This document shows positions 1-9,713 of a stretch of DNA of 64,000 nt, in pieces. Source of the DNA: an uncultured Chloroflexia bacterium (GTDB lineage: Bacteria; Chloroflexota; Chloroflexia; Thermomicrobiales; UBA6265); contig CAVRUC010000007.1 of NCBI GenBank assembly GCA_963724295.1, positions 640,001 to 704,000 on the forward strand, in the 5' to 3' direction. The notes under the pieces were generated by a model. It was given only the letters and a program-made list of their open reading frames with translations. It had not been told where the DNA came from and did not search any database. Position 1 is the first letter of the stretch, and every line of letters begins with the position of its first letter. Position numbers and translations under genes: made by a program.

Positions 1-1
1 G

Positions 2-1159
2 ATGGTCTACGGACTGTATCGATTCAGCCGGGAGCTTATTCTGCCGGTGCTGGCGCACAGCAAAGCCGACAAGAATCTGGTGCAGATCGTCGCCGAGCAT
101 CGCTTTGGTTTGAGCCGGCCCGAAGTCAACGTCGTCGCCATCGGCGGCGGAACTGGTCTGGCGACCCTGCTGCGGGGCTTGAAGCGCCACGACGTCTCGA
201 TCACGGCGATCGTCACGGTGGCCGATGATGGCGGCAGCACGGGCAAGATCCGTACCGCCTATGACATCCCCGCCCCGGGGGACATCAGGAACTGTCTGGT
301 CGCGCTTGCCGACGATGAATCCCTGGTTTCGCGGCTCTTCCAGTATCGATTCACCCGGGCCGGTTCCGAGCTCGATGGACACTCCTTTGGCAACCTGTTC
401 ATCACCGCGCTGACCAAGGTCACCGGCAGCTTCGATCGGGCCATCATTGAGTCGGCCACCGTTCTCAACATCCGCGGGCGGGTACTCCCCTCCACACTCG
501 AGAACGTCCGGCTCGATGCCGAGCTCACCGACGGCACGATGATCCAGGGTGAGTCGAAGATCCAGTACAAGGAGTCTCCGATCCACCGCGTGCGGCTCTC
601 GCCGGAAAACCCGGCCGCATACATGCCGGCCGTGACCGCGATTCTCAACGCCGATCTGATCGTTCTCGGCCCGGGCAGCCTCTACACGAGCATCGTTCCC
701 AACCTGTTGGTCCCCGACATCGTCCGCGCGGTGCGGGCCTCGTCCGCGCCGAAGGTCTACGTCATGAATGTCGCCACGCAGACCGGCGAAACCGATCACT
801 TCACCGCGCTCGACCACCTCGCGGTTGTGGACGAGCAGCTCGGACCGGGTGAGCTGGATGCTGTGCTGATCAACAGCAACATGGCCTCGGCCGAGGCTAT
901 TGGTCCCGACCTTCCCATCGAACCGCTTCTGCCCGACTCAAGGGAGCGGATCGATCCGCGCACCCGCGTGATCGCCCGGGATCTGGTTTCCGAGCAGAAC
1001 CCACTCCGCCACGACCCAGAGAAGCTGGCGATCGCGCTGTTCGAGCTCGCCAACGGCCGCTGGCGGGAAGAGAGCCATAACTCAGAGGTCCAGCGTCACA
1101 CCAACGATGGCAGCGCCCGGCAGCGCGATCTGATTGCTGCCGGCGGCGCCAGGGAGTAA
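2..1159 (+). CDS. yvcK: YvcK/CofD-like gluconeogenesis factor (UDP-GlcNAc-binding), 5' end probably truncated by the window edge
   Basis: GGGTGL, VTVADDGGSTG, PGDIRNCL, GHSFGNL, GPGSLYTS and RHDP motifs; lies upstream of gap. Confidence 0.93.
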   Translation: MVYGLYRFSRELILPVLAHSKADKNLVQIVAEHRFGLSRPEVNVVAIGGGTGLATLLRGLKRHDVSITAIVTVADDGGSTGKIRTAYDIPAPGDIRNCLVALADDESLVSRLFQYRFTRAGSELDGHSFGNLFITALTKVTGSFDRAIIESATVLNIRGRVLPSTLENVRLDAELTDGTMIQGESKIQYKESPIHRVRLSPENPAAYMPAVTAILNADLIVLGPGSLYTSIVPNLLVPDIVRAVRASSAPKVYVMNVATQTGETDHFTALDHLAVVDEQLGPGELDAVLINSNMASAEAIGPDLPIEPLLPDSRERIDPRTRVIARDLVSEQNPLRHDPEKLAIALFELANGRWREESHNSEVQRHTNDGSARQRDLIAAGGARE

Positions 1160-1162
1160 TCG

Positions 1163-2200
1163 ATGGTCTATCGGGTCGGCATAAATGGATTCGGCCGGAT
1201 CGGCCGGCAGGCGTTCAAAGCGATCAATCAGGGCAACTTCGCGGACCTGTTCGAAGTCGTAGCCGTCAATGACCTGGCGCCGCCCGAGACGCTGGCGACA
1301 CTCCTCACCTACGACTCGACGTACGGTCGCTACAACGCGGAGATCACGGCGAGCGAGAAGAGTCTCAGCGTCGACGGCAAGGAGATCGCCGTGTTCGCCG
1401 AGAAGCAGCCGCGCAAGATCCCCTGGAAGTCGCAGGCGGTCGATATCGTCATCGAGTCGACCGGGTTCTTCACGAATGCCGACGACGCGAAAGCCCATCT
1501 CAAGGCGGGAGCGCAAAAAGTCGTCATCTCGGCGCCGGCAAAGGGCGAGGACATCACGATCGTGCTCGGGGTTAACGAGACTGCCTACGACCCGGACGAG
1601 CACGACATCATCTCGAACGCGTCATGCACGACCAACTGTCTGGCTCCGGTGGCGAAGGTGCTCTTGAACAACTTCGGCATCAAGCGGGGCATGATGACGA
1701 CGGTGCACTCGTTCACGAACGATCAGGTCGTTCTCGACGGACCGCACAAGGACCCCCGCCGGGCCAGGGCCGCGGCCCAGAACATCATTCCCACCAGCAC
1801 CGGAGCGGCGAAGGCTGTCGCGCTCGTCATTCCGGAGCTCAAAGGGAAGTTCGATGGCACCTCGCTGCGGGTGCCCACGCCCACGGTCTCGATCATCGAC
1901 TTCGTCATCGAGACCGAGAAGAACGCCAGCGCCGAGAGCGTGAACGACGCCTTCCGGGCCGCCGCCCAGAGCGAACAGATGGAGGGCATCCTCGGCTACT
2001 CGGAGGAACCGCTGGTGTCGTCCGATTTCCGGGGCGACTCGCGTTCCGCGATCGTCGACGGGTTATCCACCATGGCCCTCGGCGACAACCTGGTCAAAGT
2101 GCTGGCCTGGTATGACAACGAGTGGGCCTACGCCTGCCGCGTCGCCGAAGTCGTCGCCCTCATCTGTGAGCAGGGGCTCGACTCGGACGAAGACGAGTAG
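1163..2200 (+). CDS. gap: Type I glyceraldehyde-3-phosphate dehydrogenase
   Basis: GINGFGRIGR, SNASCTTNCL and WYDNEW motifs. Confidence 0.98.
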   Translation: MVYRVGINGFGRIGRQAFKAINQGNFADLFEVVAVNDLAPPETLATLLTYDSTYGRYNAEITASEKSLSVDGKEIAVFAEKQPRKIPWKSQAVDIVIESTGFFTNADDAKAHLKAGAQKVVISAPAKGEDITIVLGVNETAYDPDEHDIISNASCTTNCLAPVAKVLLNNFGIKRGMMTTVHSFTNDQVVLDGPHKDPRRARAAAQNIIPTSTGAAKAVALVIPELKGKFDGTSLRVPTPTVSIIDFVIETEKNASAESVNDAFRAAAQSEQMEGILGYSEEPLVSSDFRGDSRSAIVDGLSTMALGDNLVKVLAWYDNEWAYACRVAEVVALICEQGLDSDEDE

Positions 2201-2240
2201 CCCCCCGCGCTGATCCCTGGTCCGGACGGAGCACCGAACC

Positions 2241-3419
2241 ATGCCAAAACGGTCGGTCACCGAGGCCGAGGTTCGCGCCAAGCGAGCGCTGGTCCGGGTC
2301 GATTTCAACGTGCCCCTGCGTGACGGCGACGTGGCCGACGACACCCGCATTCGCGCTGCGCTACCGACGATTCGGAATCTGCTGGAGCGAGGCGCGGCGG
2401 TCGTCCTCGCAACGCACCTGGGGCGGCCGCAGGGGAAGGCGGATCCCGCGTATTCCGTGGCTCCGGTCGCGCGGCGCCTGAGCGAGCATCTCGGACAGCG
2501 CGTTGCCACGGTCCCGGTGGTCGCCGGCCCCGAGGCGGAACGCGCGGCGAGCGCCCTCCAGCCCGGCGATGTCCTGCTCCTCGAGAACACGCGCTTCGAG
2601 CCCGGCGAGGAGAGCAACGACCCTGAGCTGGCCGCCAGCCTGGCCCGGCTCGGCGATCTGTTCGTCAACGACGCGTTCGGCGCCGCTCACCGCGCTCATG
2701 CCTCGACTGTCGGAGTGGCGGAATTGCTGCCGAGCTACGCCGGGCTCCTCCTCCAGCGCGAGGAAACGGTGCTCTCGCGGCTCCTGAACGATCCGGTGCG
2801 GCCCTTCGTCGCCGTCCTGGGCGGGGCAAAGGTGTCCGACAAGTTCGCCGTGCTCGAGCATCTGCTCGGCCGTGTCGACGCGCTGCTGCTCGGCGGCGGC
2901 ATGGCCAACACCGTGCTCCTCGCGCAGGGATATCAGGTCGGCTCCTCCCTCGCCGAACCAGACCTGGTCGACGAGGCTCGCCGCCTGATCGACACCGCCG
3001 AGGCGCGGGGCGTGCGCATCCTCACACCCACCGACGTCGTCATCGCCGGTTCGCTCGACAGCAAGAAGGCGACCGTTGCGGCCATCGACGCCTTACCCGC
3101 CGATGAAGCGATCTTCGACATCGGACCAGCTACCGTCGCTCGGTATTGCGAGCAGATCGCCGGTGCGCGAACCGTCTTCTGGAACGGTCCCATGGGCGTG
3201 TTCGAGCGGAAGCCATTCGCGAACGGCACGCTGGGCATCGCGCGCTGTGTGGCCGATGCCGAGGCCTACACCGTCGTCGGCGGGGGCGACTCATTGGCGG
3301 CGATCGAAGCGGCCGGCGTCGGCGAGCGCATCGACCACATCTCGACCGGCGGCGGGGCGTCACTGGAGTATCTCGAAGGGCGAGCATTGCCCGGCATCGC
3401 CGCGCTGCCTGATGCATGA
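2241..3419 (+). CDS. pgk: Phosphoglycerate kinase
   Basis: RVDFNVP, LLENTRF, GGAKVSDK, WNGPMGVFE and STGGGASLE motifs. Confidence 0.98.
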   Translation: MPKRSVTEAEVRAKRALVRVDFNVPLRDGDVADDTRIRAALPTIRNLLERGAAVVLATHLGRPQGKADPAYSVAPVARRLSEHLGQRVATVPVVAGPEAERAASALQPGDVLLLENTRFEPGEESNDPELAASLARLGDLFVNDAFGAAHRAHASTVGVAELLPSYAGLLLQREETVLSRLLNDPVRPFVAVLGGAKVSDKFAVLEHLLGRVDALLLGGGMANTVLLAQGYQVGSSLAEPDLVDEARRLIDTAEARGVRILTPTDVVIAGSLDSKKATVAAIDALPADEAIFDIGPATVARYCEQIAGARTVFWNGPMGVFERKPFANGTLGIARCVADAEAYTVVGGGDSLAAIEAAGVGERIDHISTGGGASLEYLEGRALPGIAALPDA

Positions 3420-3513
3420 GCGTAGCGGCTCGCTGCGGTGGTACGATTGTGGCGCGCAACGTCAATGGACGAATCGAGGCCGTGCCTCGACCGCCTGGAG
3501 CAAGACTCAACTC

Positions 3514-3735
3514 ATGCAAACCGCGCTCAATATCGTGATGATCATCAGTTCGGTACTCTTGATCGCCCTGATCCTGATGCAAACCAAGGGGTCGTCGTTT
3601 ACGGGCGCCTTCGGCAGCGACGCGGGATCGATCAATCGCACCCGGCGTGGCGTGGAGAAGACACTTTTCCAGTTCACGATCGGGACCGCGGCCGTCTATG
3701 TCGTGCTGGCAATCGCCAGCAGCTTCCTCATCTAG
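3514..3735 (+). CDS. secG: Preprotein translocase subunit SecG
   Basis: 73 aa, two hydrophobic helices flanking QTKGSSFTGAFGS...RRGVEK; ATG at 3514 within ORF 3076..3735. Confidence 0.9.
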   Translation: MQTALNIVMIISSVLLIALILMQTKGSSFTGAFGSDAGSINRTRRGVEKTLFQFTIGTAAVYVVLAIASSFLI

Positions 3736-3749
3736 CGGGGTACGGCCGG

Positions 3750-3778
3750 TTGCCTCGCCCTGATGGCGGACCTATACT
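3750..3778 (+). promoter_or_regulatory. Sigma70-type promoter upstream of tatA
   Basis: TTGCCT-N17-TATACT. Confidence 0.6.
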
Positions 3779-3836
3779 TTGGGCCGTTCTGAACAACGCC
3801 AGAGAGTGACGCACTGCTCTGGCAGGAGGATGGGAT

Positions 3837-4070
3837 ATGTTCGGGCTTGGCTGGCAAGAGCTCGTCATCGTGCTGGTGATCATCATGATCATCTTTGGCG
3901 CTGGCAAGTTGCCGGAAGTTGTCAAATCGCTCGGACAGGGCGTGAAAGAATTCAAGCAGGAAGCAGCCGGGGCGCCTGACAGCCTCGCGGCCGCGTCGGC
4001 GACGCCTGGCGACGCCTTCGACAGCGCCCCTTCCGTTGAGCGCACCAAGGTTCGCGCCGACGAGATCTAG
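3837..4070 (+). CDS. tatA: Twin-arginine translocase TatA/TatE subunit
   Basis: MFGLGWQEL...IFGAGKLPEV..SLGQGVKEFK; AGGAG RBS. Confidence 0.95.
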   Translation: MFGLGWQELVIVLVIIMIIFGAGKLPEVVKSLGQGVKEFKQEAAGAPDSLAAASATPGDAFDSAPSVERTKVRADEI

Positions 4071-4107
4071 GCTCTATCCCGCGGACGGAATTCGGTTCCT
4101 ACGCCAA

Positions 4108-4138
4108 GAGCGGGGCGATCCGCCCCGCTCCTCTTCTT
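4108..4138 (+). terminator. Intrinsic terminator after tatA
   Basis: GAGCGGGGCG-ATC-CGCCCCGCTC followed by CTCTTCTT. Confidence 0.65.
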
Positions 4139-4178
4139 GTGCGGGCGCGGCTCGTGTCGCCAACGCCTCGGGGCAACT

Positions 4179-4886
4179 ATGACACCAGAAGGCAATCTCA
4201 CACCGGCCTTGAACCCGGACGTCACGGCGGACGCCGTCCTCGTGGAGCAGGGCGCCGAGCCAGCGCCGAGCGCGAAGAATCAGGCGGGGCGGGCAGTCAG
4301 AGAGGTCATCGAGACCCTCTTGCTTGCCGCGCTCATCTTTTTCCTGGTCCGGCTCGTGGTGCTCAATTTTCGCGTCGACGGTGAAAGCATGCTGCCCAAT
4401 CTCGACGACGGACAGATGCTGCTGGTGAACCGAAACGCGTATCAGTATGTCGACATCGGTGGCAATCGATACTACCCATTCGATCCTCCCGAGCGCGGTG
4501 ACGTTGTCGTCTTCGACCCACCGACCGGCTCGGACAAGCCCTACATCAAGCGAATCGTCGGATTGCCCGGCGAAGAGGTGACCTTTGGAGACGGCAACGT
4601 CTTCATCGATGGAGAAGTGCTTCCTGAGGATTACATCCAGGACCGTACTCGATGCGGCGCCCGGTCCGATAATTGCGATGTGATCGTTCCGGAGGGCTAC
4701 GTCTATGTCCTTGGCGATCACCGCAGTAACTCATCCGATTCCCGCGTGTTCGGTCCGGTCCCGGTCGAGAACGTCGTGGGCAAGGCCTGGTTCGCGTATT
4801 GGCCGGTCGACGACGTCGGGTTCGTTCCGCACGAGTCGTACACCAACGCCGAACAGGCTGCCGCCGTGGCAACACCCTCGTCGTAG
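4179..4886 (+). CDS. lepB: Signal peptidase I
   Basis: Single TM helix, GESMLPNL (Ser), YIKRIVGLPG (Lys), LGDHRSNSSDSR. Confidence 0.96.
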   Translation: MTPEGNLTPALNPDVTADAVLVEQGAEPAPSAKNQAGRAVREVIETLLLAALIFFLVRLVVLNFRVDGESMLPNLDDGQMLLVNRNAYQYVDIGGNRYYPFDPPERGDVVVFDPPTGSDKPYIKRIVGLPGEEVTFGDGNVFIDGEVLPEDYIQDRTRCGARSDNCDVIVPEGYVYVLGDHRSNSSDSRVFGPVPVENVVGKAWFAYWPVDDVGFVPHESYTNAEQAAAVATPSS

Positions 4887-5067
4887 CGGCCCGCGGCACG
4901 GCCCATCAGAGCCCGGCGGGGACCAGGACAACTCCGCTCACGCGGCATTGGCCCGGCCTCGAAGCCGGGATGTAAACTTCATTCGGGTCCAGCAGTCCGG
5001 GCGAGATGCATCGCCCTGGAAACGTCCATCCTTCCCCGGCCCAATTCTTGCGGCCGGAGGGCTATGC

Positions 5068-5619
5068 ATGATCGAGACGGTAGTCGAAAGCATCCGAGTC
5101 AGTCTGGTGACTCAGCATCGCGTCGTGATCCTCAAGGAGGTCAACGGCGAGCGCCACCTGCCTATCTGGATTGGCTCCTACGAAGCGGAAGCGATCGCCA
5201 TGGAGCTGCAGGGCGTGACCGCTTCGCGGCCCCTGCCGTACGATCTGATTCGGACGATCATCGACGACATGGGCGGGACCGTCGATCGCATCGCGGTGAC
5301 CGACCTGTCCGATGATGTCTTCTACGCGCGCATCGTCCTGCAGCAGAACGGCCGTGAGGTCGAGATCGATTCCCGCCCCAGCGACGCCATCGCTCTTGCC
5401 GTCCGGGCCAGGGTCCCCATCATGGTCGACGATTCGGTGATGGACAAAGCAGGCGTGATGCTCAGTTCGGACGAGGAGGAAGACACCGATGCCGAGGGCG
5501 GGACGTCCCAGCCGGAACTGGAGCGCGCCGAAGGCGTTGATGAAGAGAGACTCTCGGTCTTCCGGGATTTCATCGACAGCCTCGATCTCGACGATTTCGA
5601 TCGCAAGTCAGGAAACTGA
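5068..5619 (+). CDS. Bifunctional nuclease family protein (DUF151)
   Basis: LPIWIG..EA.AI, RPLPYDL and DSRPSDAIALA motifs; GGAGG RBS before ATG 5068. Confidence 0.92.
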   Translation: MIETVVESIRVSLVTQHRVVILKEVNGERHLPIWIGSYEAEAIAMELQGVTASRPLPYDLIRTIIDDMGGTVDRIAVTDLSDDVFYARIVLQQNGREVEIDSRPSDAIALAVRARVPIMVDDSVMDKAGVMLSSDEEEDTDAEGGTSQPELERAEGVDEERLSVFRDFIDSLDLDDFDRKSGN

Positions 5620-5648
5620 GGATCTATCCTCCTACGAAAGCGACAGTC

Positions 5649-6023
5649 ATGGATACCTCTGAGAAGCAAATCAAGCGCATTGTTCTGGACCGCATGGAAC
5701 GGTGCAGCGTCTGTCATCGCGGTTTCGAGCCGGATGACGTCCACGTGCTCTCCCGCAAATCCGACATGTGGATGCTGATGGTCTCGTGCGGCGAGTGCCA
5801 GGCCCGCAACTTCGTCGCGGCCGTGATCGGCGACGGTGATGCCGAAGAGGCCCAACTCGCACTCCGGCGCCTGGGCGAAGAGCACGTGCGGACCCGGACC
5901 GACATCGAGCCGGAAGACGAGGGCATGTCAGGCGAGCCGGTCTCGGTCGACGATGTCATCGAGGTTCACCAGTTCCTGCAGGGATTCGACGGCGATTTCA
6001 AAGCGCTCTTCCGCGACCAATAG
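5649..6023 (+). CDS. Hypothetical zinc-ribbon protein
   Basis: CSVC...CGEC pairs; C-terminal DDVIEVHQFL.GFDGDFKALF. Confidence 0.75.
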   Translation: MDTSEKQIKRIVLDRMERCSVCHRGFEPDDVHVLSRKSDMWMLMVSCGECQARNFVAAVIGDGDAEEAQLALRRLGEEHVRTRTDIEPEDEGMSGEPVSVDDVIEVHQFLQGFDGDFKALFRDQ

Positions 6024-6095
6024 GGCCACACTTATCAGCGAAACGTCGCCCGTCGGCACCCGGCTTGGGGCCTCGGGGCTAGCTTTCGGCGCGCG

Positions 6096-6124
6096 TTGAC
6101 CGGCCTCTGAGGCGATTCTATACT
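6096..6124 (+). promoter_or_regulatory. Sigma70-type promoter for the nuoE/nuoF-like pair
   Basis: TTGACC-N17-TATACT. Confidence 0.7.
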
Positions 6125-6187
6125 CGCCTCGAGGCTCAAACGTGGCGTGCACCGCTTCACATCTTCCGTCAATTGTCAGGGGCAGCA

Positions 6188-6805
6188 GTGGAAAACTTGG
6201 CGCCGACCATCTCCGGTCCGGAACCGGGGACGCCTTCGGAACTGTCTCGTGAAACCAATCACGAAAACGATATCGATCTCGACGAAGTCAGGCGGATCCT
6301 CACCCATTTCCAGTACCGCGATTTTCAGGAAGCGCAAGAGCTCATCCTTTCCGCTCTTCAGGAAGTCAACGAGCACTTCGGTTGGGTGTCGCTCGACGCC
6401 GCCGAGGTCGTAGCCCATCACTTCGGCACCACCGCCACCCGCGTCTATGGACTGCTGACCTTCTACGCCGACTTTCGCACCGAGCCGCGCGGCAAGCACT
6501 TCATGCTGCTGTGCCACGGCATGGCCTGTTACGTCATGGGCTCGCAGCGGCTGGTCCAGAATCTGGAGGATGTCTGGGGGATCGCCGATGGCGATACGAC
6601 GGCCGACGGCGAATTGACCGTCCAGGTCGTGAACGGCTGTCTCGGCGTTTGCGACAAGGCGCCGATCTGCAAGCTCGATGCCGACTTCTTCGGCGATCTG
6701 ACCCCTGAGAAGCTCAACCAGGCGATCCGCGGCGCCATCGCCGCCGGTGGCAGTTGGCGGGACGCGCATCACCCGGTTCCCGCTGGGAGCAACCATGACC
6801 GATAG
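6188..6805 (+). CDS. NuoE/HoxE/HydC-like [2Fe-2S] subunit
   Basis: LQEVNEHFGWV, TFYADF, CHGMAC and CLGVC motifs; start GTG 6188 or TTG 6173. Confidence 0.88.
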   Translation: MENLAPTISGPEPGTPSELSRETNHENDIDLDEVRRILTHFQYRDFQEAQELILSALQEVNEHFGWVSLDAAEVVAHHFGTTATRVYGLLTFYADFRTEPRGKHFMLLCHGMACYVMGSQRLVQNLEDVWGIADGDTTADGELTVQVVNGCLGVCDKAPICKLDADFFGDLTPEKLNQAIRGAIAAGGSWRDAHHPVPAGSNHDR

Positions 6806-8504
6806 ACTCGAGACGCGCGCCGACTTCGAGAAATTGCAGCAGGCCGTCCGCCAGCGCTGGGACGCGTTGTGGCAGGGTGACCGGCTGGTCGTCAGCGTCG
6901 GCGTGGACAGCTCATCGGAACCCAAAGGCGCGCTGCGCGTGCTCGCCGCCTGTCGCGAAGCCCTCGCCGGCAGCAACGCCGTCGTGCGGGAGGTCAGCGG
7001 CAACGGCGCCATGTGGATGGAGCCCACGGTCGAGATCAAGCGACCGGGCGAGCCGCCTGTCGTCTACGGCTGGATTGCGCCGGAAGACGTGCCCGCCCTC
7101 CTGGCCGGTAATCTCCAGGACAGAGCGGTTGGCGTGCGCGGACCCGAGGCGTACGGCGACATCCCGCCACTCGACGAGCATCCATTCTTCAAGCATCAGG
7201 TCCAGATCGTGATGGAGGATTTCGGGGTCATCGAACCCGATTCCATCGAGGATGCCATCGCCCGCGGCGCCTACAGCGCTCTGAGCAAGGTGCTCTTCGA
7301 GATGACGGCCGAAGAAGCGGTCGCCGAGGTGACGGCCTCCGGGCTGCGCGGCCGCGGTGGCGCGGGGTTCCCGGCAGGGATCAAGTGGGAAAGCGGTCGC
7401 AAGGCGCGGGCTCGCCCCAAGTTCGTCGCTGTCAACTCCCACGAGGGCGAACCAAACGTCTACAAGGATCGCCGCATCCATGAAGGCGATCCGCACAAGA
7501 TCCTGGAAGGAATGGTCATCGCCAGCGTGGTCTGCGGCGCCGAGCGGGCATACAACTACATCGGCGGCGAGTACCCCCTGGCCATCAAGCGGTTCCGGAG
7601 AGCGGTTGCCGACGCGGAGCGGCTCGGTCTGATTGGCAAGAACATCCTCGGCAGCGGTCATGACGTCGAGGTGCGGGTGCGCACCGGTGGCGGCGCCTAC
7701 ATCTGTGGCGAGGGGTCGGCGCTGATGTACTCAGTCATGGGAGTGCGCGGTCAGCCGCGCACCAAGCCGCCGCGCTCGGTCGAGGAAGGGCTCTGGAAGC
7801 GTCCCACCGTTCTCAACAACACGGAGACCTTCGCCAATGTCCCCGCCATCATCAACAAGGGCGGCGAGTGGTTTGCCAAGATCGGGACGTCGACAAGCGC
7901 CGGCACCAAGATGATGACCGTGCAGGGACCGTTGCAGCACGTCGGGCTGGTCGAGACCCCGATGGGGATCCCCATGCGCACGCTCATCGACGAGGTCTGG
8001 GGCGGCATGCGCGACGGACACCAGTTCCGCGGCGTGCAGACCGGTGGCGTCTCGGCCGGACCGCTGACGGCAGAGCAGCTGGACTACGCCGTCGACTTCG
8101 ACTCCATGACGGAAATCGGAGGGATGCTTGGGTCCGGCGGCTTCGTCGTCTTCGACCAGCACGTCTGCCCTGTCGATTTCGCGCGCTACCTGACCGCGTT
8201 CAATCGTGTCGAGTCGTGCTCGAAGTGCGTTCCCTGCCATCGCGGCAACCCGGCACTCGTCGAGATTCTCGACCGCATCCGGCTCGGTGGCGGCTCGCGC
8301 GAAGATCTTCCATTGATGGAGCGGACCTCCAAGCACATCATCGATCTCTCGTTGTGCGGACTGGGACAGGTCGCGCCCATGCCGCTGCTGGGCATGATGA
8401 AGATGTACCCCCAGGATTTCCTGGACCACATCGAGCGCCACGTCTGCGCGGCCGGCGCTTGCCCGATCTCGGGACCGGAGACACTGGCCGCGGCTGCCGA
8501 CTAG
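6795..8504 (+). CDS. NuoF/HoxF/HydB-like FMN/NAD(P)H-binding flavoprotein with an N-terminal thioredoxin-like domain
   Basis: GLRGRGGAGFP, GGAYICGE, NNTET, ESCSKCVPC...SLCGLG; overlaps the nuoE-like stop. Confidence 0.9.
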   Translation: MTDRLETRADFEKLQQAVRQRWDALWQGDRLVVSVGVDSSSEPKGALRVLAACREALAGSNAVVREVSGNGAMWMEPTVEIKRPGEPPVVYGWIAPEDVPALLAGNLQDRAVGVRGPEAYGDIPPLDEHPFFKHQVQIVMEDFGVIEPDSIEDAIARGAYSALSKVLFEMTAEEAVAEVTASGLRGRGGAGFPAGIKWESGRKARARPKFVAVNSHEGEPNVYKDRRIHEGDPHKILEGMVIASVVCGAERAYNYIGGEYPLAIKRFRRAVADAERLGLIGKNILGSGHDVEVRVRTGGGAYICGEGSALMYSVMGVRGQPRTKPPRSVEEGLWKRPTVLNNTETFANVPAIINKGGEWFAKIGTSTSAGTKMMTVQGPLQHVGLVETPMGIPMRTLIDEVWGGMRDGHQFRGVQTGGVSAGPLTAEQLDYAVDFDSMTEIGGMLGSGGFVVFDQHVCPVDFARYLTAFNRVESCSKCVPCHRGNPALVEILDRIRLGGGSREDLPLMERTSKHIIDLSLCGLGQVAPMPLLGMMKMYPQDFLDHIERHVCAAGACPISGPETLAAAAD

Positions 8505-8514
8505 GGGCTCCCGC

Positions 8515-9504
8515 TCAATTCAGGTTGATCTCCGTGCCAAGTCCGCGCTCGCGGGCCCGGTCGACCGCGCGCCTGGCGACGACGACGTCCTGGACCGCGT
8601 TGCCGACTGACTTGAAGAGCGTGATCTCATCCGCGCTTTCCCGCGCCGGAGCGGCTCCGCTCGCCACCATGCCCAGCTCCCGAGCGAAGTGCTCGCGTGA
8701 CACCAATCCATCGCGCAGCGGGATGATCAGGTCACCCGCTTCGGCCAGGGCGGCGTCGACGGCGTCGACGACAACCGTGGCGCGGGCGACCGTCGCCGCC
8801 GGAAGCTCTTGCATCTCCGGCGTGTAGGCGCCGACGGCGCTGACATGGGTACCCGGACGAACATCCTCATCCCGGAACACGGGGCTGCGCGAGGTCGTTG
8901 CGGTGCAGATGATGTCCGCCTCTTGCACCGCCGCGCTCGAATCTGTCGTCGTCTCGAGATGTGACTCGATCTCGGGCCAATCGTTGCGCAACGTCTGGCG
9001 CAGCCGCTCCAATGCCTCCTCGCTGACGTCGACCGCTATCACCCGCTCGATGGGCCGCACCGCGCAGACCGCCGCGATCTGCGTGACCCCCTGCGCGCCG
9101 GCGCCAATCGCGGCCAGCACGTGGCTGTCGGCACGGGCCAGCAGATCGGCCGCGGCGCCGGAGACGGCTCCGGTCCGCAGCGCGGTGAGATAGGTCCCGT
9201 CCATGATCGCCAGCGGCTGTCCGGTTTGCGGGTCGACCAGCCCGACAATCGCGTGGATGACCGGCAGCCCGCGCTCCGGGTTACGCCGGAAGACGCTCAC
9301 CGTCTTTAGACCGAGCGCGTCCATGGCTGGGACATAGGCCGGCATGAAGAGCGCGTCCCCCTCGCGATCCTCCAGGGAGATCACCGTGCGTAAAGGAGAA
9401 ACCGTGCGTCCCGCCGAAAGCTCGCTGAAGGCCATCTTCATGAGCTCGATGGCATCCGGCATCGGTACCAGTTCGCGAATCTGGCTCCGCGTCAGGACCA
9501 GCAT
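8515..9504 (-). CDS. Ornithine cyclodeaminase/mu-crystallin family protein
   Basis: MPAY, LTALRTGAVS, GAGAQG, FKSVGNAVQD. Confidence 0.92.
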   Translation of the reverse strand: MLVLTRSQIRELVPMPDAIELMKMAFSELSAGRTVSPLRTVISLEDREGDALFMPAYVPAMDALGLKTVSVFRRNPERGLPVIHAIVGLVDPQTGQPLAIMDGTYLTALRTGAVSGAAADLLARADSHVLAAIGAGAQGVTQIAAVCAVRPIERVIAVDVSEEALERLRQTLRNDWPEIESHLETTTDSSAAVQEADIICTATTSRSPVFRDEDVRPGTHVSAVGAYTPEMQELPAATVARATVVVDAVDAALAEAGDLIIPLRDGLVSREHFARELGMVASGAAPARESADEITLFKSVGNAVQDVVVARRAVDRARERGLGTEINLN

Positions 9505-9713
9505 CCGCCGTGCTCCTCTCTCGACAAATGTCGTGGCGCAACTGATTCAATCACCATGTCTGGCCTCGCGGGCAGTGTCCCATATCAGGGCTGGTCTGAC
9601 TCATGCGAACGAGATTGCGGAGACCAGGACCGCTTTCACCCCTGTGCTATACATGCCAGTCGGCATAGTGGCCGATGACCCGCGGTGAGGCGAACGGCCG
9701 AGCGAGGAGCAGC

